Shown in pieces: positions 55,905 to 63,415 of a stretch of 64,000 nucleotides of DNA; position 1 is the first letter of the stretch; each line of letters opens with the position of its first letter. This DNA comes from Myxococcales bacterium (lineage in GTDB: Bacteria; Myxococcota_A; Polyangia; Polyangiales; Houyiibacteriaceae). Location: contig JAOTYL010000013.1 of assembly GCA_029861865.1 (NCBI GenBank), forward strand, positions 5,995 to 69,994, in the 5' to 3' direction. The notes beneath the pieces were generated by a model. The model was not told the origin of the DNA. It saw only the letters and a program-made list of their open reading frames with translations, and did not search any database. Position numbers and translations under genes: made by a program.

Positions 55905-57350
55905 CTAGAAGCACCCGAGGAATGTGAGAGCCGAATCGCCGCTCGGCGCGGACTGCATGACGGCCACCGTGTCGCCAGTGACGACGATGTCGACGAGATT
56001 CGGCGCATCGGCAAGGTCGCTACGCTCGTCGAGCTGATTGACGACCGCGCTCGTACCGTCGCGCCCGACGGCGATGATCTGCCGACCCGCCACCACGAAC
56101 CAGGTATCGGTGCCCTCGTGGTAGGCCACATCGGTCGGGGCGTCCGCAGGGCCCAATAAGCCTTCTGCCGGAAGCCGCGCGTTGCACAACCCGCCCTCAG
56201 GACACTCGAGCGTCAACGCATCGAGCTCACTCAAGAAAACGTCGTCGAAGTCGAGGAACGCGATCGCGAGACCGTCGCCGGTTGCCGTCACGCTTGGGTT
56301 GAAACCGGGCCCGAGGTCTTTGTCGACGACGGCCCTCGCGTCGTTGCCGAGCCACGCGGCTCTGACCCCTTCCGCGGCTCTCCATACGACCCAGACGCCC
56401 GCCGCCTCATAGGAACCGACGATCGGGAACTCCGGCGAAACGACGGGAGGCTCGGTCACTGCCGTGAGGTCGTCGCCGAACGCGACAAAGGAGAAGGTGA
56501 ACGGGTCTTCGAAGCCCATCAAGCGGCGGGACGACGCGACCACCCGTGGATGAAAGGGCGGCCGGTACGCGAAAAACATGGTTGTTTGATCCCATCTCTC
56601 GTGCAACTGGTGTGAACCGATGATGACCGGAATCAGGTCGGAATCGACGTGCGCCTCGGCTGCGAAGTAGTTGAGCTTACCCCAGGTCATATAGACGTCG
56701 CTCCCGTCGGCGTCCGACTCGAGGAAAGCGACATCGAGAGTCGTGGTGATGTCATCGCTGTGCCCCGTCCGTGACCCGGCGTCGTCGTAGGTCTCAACCC
56801 GAAGCTGGCCGCCGAACACTCGAGTCACCGCGAAGCCACCATCGACCGCAGCGACCGACCTCAATCCATCAAACACCTCCTCCTTTTTGACGGCCAGCAC
56901 CCCTTCGTCGATGAAACCGTCGCAGTCGTTGTCCTCGCCGTCGCACACTTCAGGAGGGCCGTTGTCGGGGACCCCATCGCAGTCGTTGTCCTTGTCGTCG
57001 CACACCTCGGCGGTCGGCCCGACAGCCCCTTTACACACCACGTTCGCCTCGTCTTCGGCACACACGAACATGCCGGCCACGCATTCGCCCACCCCCAACC
57101 CTTCGCCGCAGGGCTCGCCGAGCTCGGGCCAGTCTTCGTCGACCGCCGTGTCACCGTCGTTGTCGATGCCGTCGCAACGCTCGGGGGGAGACTCGCTCTT
57201 CACGCAGGTGCCCTCGGCGTCGACGAACGCGTCCGGGCAGCTGACGGTCCCACAGCCAGCAGCGAGCATGCCGACCAGCGCCAAGGCAGGCAGCCGCGCA
57301 ACGCAGTCGAGGAGAGCGACGAAAGGGTATGCTTCGGGCCTTCGGAACAT
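55905..57350 (-). CDS. Lipoprotein with three MopE-like 'putative metal-binding' CDxxDNDCD motifs and a large C-terminal domain
   Basis: 481 aa. Signal LVGMLAAGCG. CDGIDNDGDTAVDED, CDDKDNDCDGVPD, CDGEDNDCDGFIDEG. The C-terminal approximately 330 aa are unassigned. Confidence 0.7.
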   Translation of the reverse strand: MFRRPEAYPFVALLDCVARLPALALVGMLAAGCGTVSCPDAFVDAEGTCVKSESPPERCDGIDNDGDTAVDEDWPELGEPCGEGLGVGECVAGMFVCAEDEANVVCKGAVGPTAEVCDDKDNDCDGVPDNGPPEVCDGEDNDCDGFIDEGVLAVKKEEVFDGLRSVAAVDGGFAVTRVFGGQLRVETYDDAGSRTGHSDDITTTLDVAFLESDADGSDVYMTWGKLNYFAAEAHVDSDLIPVIIGSHQLHERWDQTTMFFAYRPPFHPRVVASSRRLMGFEDPFTFSFVAFGDDLTAVTEPPVVSPEFPIVGSYEAAGVWVVWRAAEGVRAAWLGNDARAVVDKDLGPGFNPSVTATGDGLAIAFLDFDDVFLSELDALTLECPEGGLCNARLPAEGLLGPADAPTDVAYHEGTDTWFVVAGRQIIAVGRDGTSAVVNQLDERSDLADAPNLVDIVVTGDTVAVMQSAPSGDSALTFLGCF

Positions 57351-57565
57351 ATCGATGGAATCGTTATCGGCGCCTCGCAGACAAAGTTGCGTCGCCGACG
57401 AGAGCCGCTGAGAGTACCGCCTTCTGGGTCTCTCCCGATGTGAGCAACCTCACAAGACCGGGAAAAATACACGACCGTGGGTCGTGCGGCTAGACCTCGT
57501 GGCGCCCCGGCTCGGCTTGCGTTTCCGGCGCCGCTGGCCGGTGCTGTACAGTCCAGTCCAGTCCG

Positions 57566-58903
57566 ATGATGTCCCACAAGCCCAGCACCGCGCTCGAGAG
57601 GGCCTGGAATCCTTCTGTAGAGGCGCGGTTTTCCGTAGAAGCGGCCGAGCGAAGCGCGCGCGGTATGGCGGTCGTCACGGTTGCCGCTTGCACGTTGGCG
57701 CTCTTGTGGGCCGTTGGGGACTTTCGCTACTTCCCCGAAGTCGCGACTCGTTTCCTCTACGTTCGGGTCGCCGTGGTCGTTTGGTGCGTCTCGACAGCGT
57801 TGGTGGCGGTCAAAGCCCGCGACACTAGGCTGGGGTACGCTGCCATGTGGCTTTGGTTTCTGGCCTGGGGTGCGAATAGCGCGTTCATGATTCCTCACAC
57901 CCCGAATCACCTGTTGAGCCACGTGTTCGTAATCGTCATCGCCCAAGTTGGGTCCGCAGGTTTCGTGATTTGGACTTGGCGTTCAGCCTTGACGATGAGC
58001 CTCGCGCTGCTGGCGATTGGGGAGATGGGGCTTGTTCAAGTGCCGGGAGGCGGATACGAGATCTTTGCGGCGCACGCCTATCTTGCGACGGGCGCAGTTT
58101 TGTCCGTTGTGTTCACCGCACTCAAGTACCAAGCTGCACGCGAGCAGTTCCAGCAGCGTCTCGAGCTGGCCGCGCAGAAGGCCAAGACCGAAAGCTTGCT
58201 CACCGAAGTCACGCAGATGCGCGAGGACCGGCTCGTTTGGCTCGAGAATCTCGCCCGCTTTCTACGCCATGAGATCAAGAACCAAGTGATCGCGGTCTCG
58301 ACTTCACTGGACTTGCTTGAGCACAAACCCGGGCACGCACGGGATCGCTACATAGGTCGGGCGCGTCAGAGCCTCGGGCGCATGAATCGACTTGTCACGG
58401 ATGCCACCGAGGCGACGAGCTTGGAGACTGCGCTCGCAGCGGAGCATAAGGAGCTCGTCGACCTGAGCGAGGTGGTCGGGGAGCGGGTGATCCTTTTTCG
58501 GCAGGCGAACTCCGATCGAGCCTTTCACGCGGACATCGAGTCTCAAATCCAACTCGATGGCAGCCAGGATCGGCTGGCCCAGCTGCTCGACAAGCTCCTC
58601 GATAACGCGGTCGAGCACACGCCGGAGGGTGGGGACATTCACGTGAGCTTGCGGCGCCTAGGGAGCCAGGTGGTGTTGGGGGTCGAAAACCGGGGGGACC
58701 CGTTACCCGAGATGCGCGAGCGCCTCTTTCACGCGTTCGTGAGGGCTGGCGAGAACGAGCACAACAAGCAAAACCTAGGCCTAGGGCTCTTCGTTGCCAA
58801 AGTCATCGCGCGGGCGCACAGCGCGGACATCGTGGCGACCGACAATCCCGAGCTACCCGGAGCCCGTTTCGAGGTTCGTTTCCGGGCGTCCTGTCTTCAC
58901 TAG
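57566..58903 (+). CDS. Membrane sensor histidine kinase (orphan), paralogue of 50870..52282
   Basis: 445 aa. Multi-TM N-terminus, H-box ARFLRHEIKNQVIAV, LLDNAVEHT, NLGLGLFVAKVIARAHSA. The region WLENLARFLRHE is identical in both paralogues. Confidence 0.85.
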   Translation: MMSHKPSTALERAWNPSVEARFSVEAAERSARGMAVVTVAACTLALLWAVGDFRYFPEVATRFLYVRVAVVVWCVSTALVAVKARDTRLGYAAMWLWFLAWGANSAFMIPHTPNHLLSHVFVIVIAQVGSAGFVIWTWRSALTMSLALLAIGEMGLVQVPGGGYEIFAAHAYLATGAVLSVVFTALKYQAAREQFQQRLELAAQKAKTESLLTEVTQMREDRLVWLENLARFLRHEIKNQVIAVSTSLDLLEHKPGHARDRYIGRARQSLGRMNRLVTDATEATSLETALAAEHKELVDLSEVVGERVILFRQANSDRAFHADIESQIQLDGSQDRLAQLLDKLLDNAVEHTPEGGDIHVSLRRLGSQVVLGVENRGDPLPEMRERLFHAFVRAGENEHNKQNLGLGLFVAKVIARAHSADIVATDNPELPGARFEVRFRASCLH

Positions 58904-58989
58904 CGGTGTGCGGCTCACTGGGATCGCGTGGGACCCTGCGCATGTTCCCTAGGACCCGTCGCAGGTCGATTGGGTGCGGAAACGGATCG

Positions 58990-60633
58990 TCATGGCAGCA
59001 GGTCCCTCGTGATCCCCGTCACCGAGGGCTCGATGTCGATCGATGGGCGCGGGGTGACGATGAATGGGTTTTCGAGGTCGTCGTCGGCAATGTCTTGCCA
59101 GCAGAAGTCGAGATCGCTTGCCTCTTCGCGATGGTTTGCTGTGACGAGCCGAATGCCGCTCGGCATCATTTCGATCCGTTGGATGTCGAAAATCTCGCCA
59201 ATGTTCGCGTCATTGAGGTTGTCGCTGATCGATTTCGCAGCAAGCTCGTTGATCGCGGTTGCGAGTAACACTTTGAGCCGCGGGATGAATCGGTTGTTGC
59301 ATGCGGGGCGTGCCGAATAGGGCTGCACTTCGACTCGCGTGAAGTCATCGTCGATCGTGAAGGTGGGCTCACCATTCTCCGCGAGGCTGAACGAACCACA
59401 AAACTGCACCATGGCGTCACGCTGTTTGGTGCAGTCGCCAATCTGTAGGATTTCTACGAAGAATGCCGCGAAGGCCTGGTCGATTCGGTAGGGGGCGTTC
59501 GGTTGGGTACCGAGCCGCCCGCTCACATCCCAATACGACTTGAGGCACACACGGGGCCCCTTTTCGCGGACTTCGATGTAGTGAAACTCGGGTTCTTCGC
59601 GCGGGTAAAGGTCCGTGAAGACATCCATCCATTGCTGGACGTCGTAGAGAACGGTACGGCCGGCCGCCGCGTCGAGACTTTCGCGCATCTCTTCGAGAAT
59701 GAGCTCCGCGAGCCCGAGGTCGTTGGTGAAGCCGCCGATCGCATCGTCGACAGCGGCGACCTTGCTTCGGTTTGCCCACTCCCATGGAATGAACACGCCA
59801 CATGCGCCCGTATCTACGACTCGATGGAGGTTCTCGCTGCTCAGCGCGTCGGGATCGATCCCAAAGCGGATATAGCGGCTGCTTTTGCCGACCGCATACT
59901 CCGAGTACTTCCGGGGCGGGGCTGGCGTCGTGCTCGGGTTCCACGGGTCGCCGGCGCCCTCTCTCAGCAACGCTCCATTGGGGGTTACGGAAGACGCGAT
60001 CAATCGGGCATGGCTATCGAGCACGATGTCCGAAAAAGGTGCGACATCATCCGGTATGTATGTGGAGTCGTAGCGCTTTACGAGAACCGACTCGGCATGG
60101 CCTTGCACGACACGTTCGCCACAAGGCACGCGACCATCACTGGGATCGTATTCGTAGTCTTTGGTACAGACGGTAACCTCGCCGTAGCGCCGCGGTGAAA
60201 CGATCGGGCCGTTGCGATCGCGCACCTGCACCACGGCAACGCATTCATTGGGATCGGCGCAGTCCCATGCCCATGCGGGTAGAGGACCTTGGTACGCGTA
60301 GTTGATCTCATTGCTCAGTGATCCCTCCACGATCCGCCATTGGCCTGTAGCCGTGTCGCGTGCCATCAGGAACGAGGGTTTCGTGACTAGCGTCACGAAG
60401 ACTGTGACCGAGGCGGTTGCATCATTCACGACGAGGTACCCAGCGTTGGGGAGAATCAGCTTCCGCTCTTCGCAGCTCGGCGTCGTTTGCCCCAACAACA
60501 GCATGCCGACCACCGGCGCCATAAGCAGCGCGCCGCGACGAGCACTGCGACCTGGCTTACCACCGCGACCCGAGTTGGCGTATGCCATCGGTTCATAGGG
60601 TATCCGCCAGTCACAGCGCGGTCGAGCTTTCAC
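58990..60633 (-). CDS. Hypothetical secreted protein
   Basis: 547-aa ORF with protein-like composition and a hydrophobic N-terminal segment (LLMAPVVGMLLLGQ). The start is uncertain. ATG 60633 overlaps the doc stop by 4 nt; alternatives are ATG 60588 and 60522. No family recognised. Confidence 0.6.
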   Translation of the reverse strand: MKARPRCDWRIPYEPMAYANSGRGGKPGRSARRGALLMAPVVGMLLLGQTTPSCEERKLILPNAGYLVVNDATASVTVFVTLVTKPSFLMARDTATGQWRIVEGSLSNEINYAYQGPLPAWAWDCADPNECVAVVQVRDRNGPIVSPRRYGEVTVCTKDYEYDPSDGRVPCGERVVQGHAESVLVKRYDSTYIPDDVAPFSDIVLDSHARLIASSVTPNGALLREGAGDPWNPSTTPAPPRKYSEYAVGKSSRYIRFGIDPDALSSENLHRVVDTGACGVFIPWEWANRSKVAAVDDAIGGFTNDLGLAELILEEMRESLDAAAGRTVLYDVQQWMDVFTDLYPREEPEFHYIEVREKGPRVCLKSYWDVSGRLGTQPNAPYRIDQAFAAFFVEILQIGDCTKQRDAMVQFCGSFSLAENGEPTFTIDDDFTRVEVQPYSARPACNNRFIPRLKVLLATAINELAAKSISDNLNDANIGEIFDIQRIEMMPSGIRLVTANHREEASDLDFCWQDIADDDLENPFIVTPRPSIDIEPSVTGITRDLLP

Positions 60634-61025
60634 TCATCCGACGACCCTCGGTCTTCGATGTGCTGCTCGATCCACGTGGCGATTCGCGCAAGCGGCACGC
60701 GCGCTCGGATGACCTCTTCGACCACGAGGGGCTCGGCGTCATCGGCTGTCGCACGGAGGTCGAAACCGTTGAGCCGCAGGAAAATCGCTGTTGTGGCGAA
60801 TGCCACCCGCTTGTTGCCGTCGACGAAGGCATGGTTGTTGGCGAGGCTTTGCAGGAGAGCGGCGGCCTGCTCGCTGAGCGAAGCGTAGTAGCCCGAGCGC
60901 GGCCGGTGCAGGGCAGCTTCGAGCATCCCGAGGTCGCGAACGCCCGCCTCGCCGCCGTAGCGCGCGATCAATAACCCATGCAGCACGAGCACTTCCTCGA
61001 CCGTTGGATAGATCGGAGCGGACAC
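60630..61025 (-). CDS. doc: Type II toxin, death-on-curing (Doc) / Fic family
   Basis: 131 aa. Doc-type Fic motif HAFVDGNKRVA, and N-terminal EEVLVLHGLLIARYGGEAGVRDLGMLEAAL typical of Doc. Confidence 0.9.
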   Translation of the reverse strand: MSAPIYPTVEEVLVLHGLLIARYGGEAGVRDLGMLEAALHRPRSGYYASLSEQAAALLQSLANNHAFVDGNKRVAFATTAIFLRLNGFDLRATADDAEPLVVEEVIRARVPLARIATWIEQHIEDRGSSDE

Positions 61026-61034
61026 CGGGCTCCC

Positions 61035-61250
61035 CTATTTGGCGAGCCGCGAGAGAAGCTCATCGTGCTCCGCGAGCACCGCCTCAGCCGCCTCGCGAAA
61101 CGCTGGACGAACACGCCTCCTGGCCAAAAAGTCTTTGGCAGCCTCTGTGAGAAGGCCAGCCAGAGTCCGCCCCTCCTCGCGCGCATGAGCCCGGAGCGCC
61201 TCGAGCGCCTCTCGTTCCATCTTCGAGCTGAATTTCACCATTTCGCCCAT
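61035..61250 (-). CDS. Antitoxin, ribbon-helix-helix type (Phd/CopG-like)
   Basis: 71 aa, ending 9 nt upstream of doc. N-terminal beta-strand-plus-helices pattern VKFSSKMEREALEALRAHAREEGRTLAGLL typical of RHH antitoxins. Confidence 0.75.
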   Translation of the reverse strand: MGEMVKFSSKMEREALEALRAHAREEGRTLAGLLTEAAKDFLARRRVRPAFREAAEAVLAEHDELLSRLAK

Positions 61251-61277
61251 GAATAGGAAGTGTGCGGCGTGGGACCT

Positions 61278-61310
61278 GACTTGTCAAGACTTGTCAAGAC
61301 TTGTCAAGAC
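61278..61310. promoter_or_regulatory. Three tandem 10-bp repeats, each carrying the palindrome CTTGTCAAG; candidate operator/-35 region of the antitoxin-doc operon
   Basis: GAC TTGTCAAGAC TTGTCAAGAC TTGTCAAGAC, 28-60 nt upstream of the antitoxin ATG (61250). On the coding (minus) strand each unit reads TTGACA, the sigma-70 -35 consensus. I could not place a convincing -10. Confidence 0.5.
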
Positions 61311-61413
61311 AGGGTCTCAGAGGTCCTCAGGGCTCAACCCGGGTCGGGTCGTCGGGGTCGTCGGTCGTCGGGTCGTCGGGACGTCCCTGGTCTCATCATT
61401 GGTCGGTCGCCGT

Positions 61414-63408
61414 TTAGAAACCGATTCGCACCGTCCACTTGCCACGCGTTGCCCGCTCAAACGGGAAGCTTGCCTCCCGAGGATATCGGTCGCCGATCGG
61501 TGTGTCTGGAGGAAGAGCCGGGCAGATCGACGCGTACCGAGTTATGGCATCAGGGTCCGTCTTCATCTCGCAAGGATTCGCGAGAAACGGCGCGCACCCG
61601 GCGACGACTGTCTCTGTCGAGCCGTCGTCGCACGTTTGGTCCTGAGGGTTGCCGAGCGGGCCTGCAATGGACTCGTCGAAATAGGAGTCGGTTACGCTCA
61701 CGCGTACAATGAACGCGGAACCCATCGGATCGTCCGGATTGACAAAAATCGATGCGAAGCTCTTTAGCCAGCCACGGATGGTTTGTCCCAACGATGCGCC
61801 GCCCTGCAGGGTTCCGATGCCGCTTGGGCACCCAGATTCGAGATCTGCTTGGACCGCCTGCAGAGCTCCTAGGAAGCTGAGGCTACCGAGCCATGGGGTC
61901 GTCTCCACGTGACTAACCAGAGAGGAATCCAGGCATTCGGCCCTCTCGCGAAGAATGTCGCGCAGTCCGTCCGCGCCTAGGGGATCCCAGCCGGCGTCAT
62001 CTGCCTCCATCGCCACCAGGATGATGCCGTCAACAGACACCGGAAAGCCGTTCGGATCCGCCGGTATGGATCGCTGTCCGAAATCCAGCTCATCTTGAAT
62101 CCACCCGGGAAACTCGGTCTCACGTTCGCCGCCGGAAACGACAACACCGCTGCCGGCCAACCCCAATAACAGGTCTCCTACGGGACCGAGGACGACGTTC
62201 TGCTCGATGAATTCCACACTTGTCGACCCTTGGGCACCGAACTGCGATGAGAACTTGATTACCGCGAAGTATGGGTCGTCGTCGTGCCCGGGTCCGCCCT
62301 GAAGCTCCTCCGCGAACACGGTCAGCGGCAAGATGCGAACACGGGGGCAGTCCGGGTCATCGTAGTGGACTTCTTCAGTGTTGTATATTGACTGAAGGAC
62401 CGCGCACGCGTAGGCCGAGTCATACCCAGGTCCGCCATTGAGATAGCCTTCGGTGTCTCCGTTTCCGTTGGACAGTATGTCGTTCCCGTAGCCACCGGCA
62501 ATCCAGTCGTCACCCGTTCCACCAAAAAGCGTGTCGTCGTTTTCGTCCCCCCACAGTGTGTCGTTGTCCCCACCTCCCCATAGTGTGTCGTTGCCCGTGC
62601 CGCCGAAGAGCTCGTCTGCGCCAATTCCACCCCGTAGATTGTCGCTACCATCGTCTCCGTAAAGCTCGTCCGCGCCAGTCCCACCGAAAAGCGTGTCGTT
62701 GCCTTGCCCCCCGCTCAGGTTATCGTTTCCGGCCTCACCGTATAGCTGGTCGTTGTCGTCGCCGCCCAGGAGCAGATCATCGTCGTCACTCCCATACAGG
62801 CGGTCGGCACCCCAGCTGCCAAACAACGAGTCTGATCCGCGGCCGCCTACAAGTAAATCATCGTGTTCCTGTCCGATGAGGGTATCCGCGCCGTCATCGC
62901 CCGACAGGGAATCTGGCCCGTCACCACCGTCGAGGTAGTCATCACCTCGGCCACCGTAGAGGATGTCATCTCCGACCTCACCGTATAGGCGTTCCCCAGC
63001 GTCACCGCCGTACAGGGTGTCGTTACCGTCCCCACCGTAAATCGTGATGTCGTCGTTGGCCGCGTGTGATATGACGCAAACCAGATCGTTGCCGCGGCCA
63101 GCAAAGACTGTGGCCGGCTGGGATGCCCCCACGGCGAGCACGATCACATCGTCTCCCTCAGTGGCAACGTGAGTCCCTTCGTTGAACACCTGTGTCGCTT
63201 GCTGACCTTGGCAGAAATAGGAGCCGCCACCCCCACAACTAGACTGCCCCATGTTGAGATAGGCGCTAGCTACAATCAGAGGCAGGAGGAATGACGTGGA
63301 GCGCGCGACGAAGACAGCTGCCCTTACGCTTCTCATATGTCGGTCTGTGTTGCTCATGATGGGTTCTCCTGAAGTCTGAAGATTTCGGGTCTTGTTCAAC
63401 TCCGTCAT
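61414..63408 (-). CDS. RTX (hemolysin-type calcium-binding repeat) protein with an N-terminal Sec-type signal and an unassigned C-terminal domain
   Basis: 664 aa. Signal MRSVRAAVFVARSTSFLLPLIVASA (the start may be 63336). More than 20 GGxGxDxL/F nonapeptides (GGDGNDTLYGGDAGERLYGEVGDDILYGGRGDDYLDGGDGPD...). Ends ...GKWTVRIGF. Confidence 0.85.
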   Translation of the reverse strand: MTELNKTRNLQTSGEPIMSNTDRHMRSVRAAVFVARSTSFLLPLIVASAYLNMGQSSCGGGGSYFCQGQQATQVFNEGTHVATEGDDVIVLAVGASQPATVFAGRGNDLVCVISHAANDDITIYGGDGNDTLYGGDAGERLYGEVGDDILYGGRGDDYLDGGDGPDSLSGDDGADTLIGQEHDDLLVGGRGSDSLFGSWGADRLYGSDDDDLLLGGDDNDQLYGEAGNDNLSGGQGNDTLFGGTGADELYGDDGSDNLRGGIGADELFGGTGNDTLWGGGDNDTLWGDENDDTLFGGTGDDWIAGGYGNDILSNGNGDTEGYLNGGPGYDSAYACAVLQSIYNTEEVHYDDPDCPRVRILPLTVFAEELQGGPGHDDDPYFAVIKFSSQFGAQGSTSVEFIEQNVVLGPVGDLLLGLAGSGVVVSGGERETEFPGWIQDELDFGQRSIPADPNGFPVSVDGIILVAMEADDAGWDPLGADGLRDILRERAECLDSSLVSHVETTPWLGSLSFLGALQAVQADLESGCPSGIGTLQGGASLGQTIRGWLKSFASIFVNPDDPMGSAFIVRVSVTDSYFDESIAGPLGNPQDQTCDDGSTETVVAGCAPFLANPCEMKTDPDAITRYASICPALPPDTPIGDRYPREASFPFERATRGKWTVRIGF
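62470..63102. repeat. DNA region encoding the RTX nonapeptide repeat array
   Basis: Corresponds to about aa 103-313 of the 61414..63408 product, where the GGxGxD units are contiguous. Confidence 0.8.
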
Positions 63409-63415
63409 CAGGCCG

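Noticed and set aside
57550-57564. (AGTCC)x3 pentanucleotide repeat ending 1 nt before the kinase 57566 start codon
   Set aside because: Three copies are too few to argue for phase variation, and there is no supporting evidence. I note only that it occupies the position where a ribosome-binding site would be expected.
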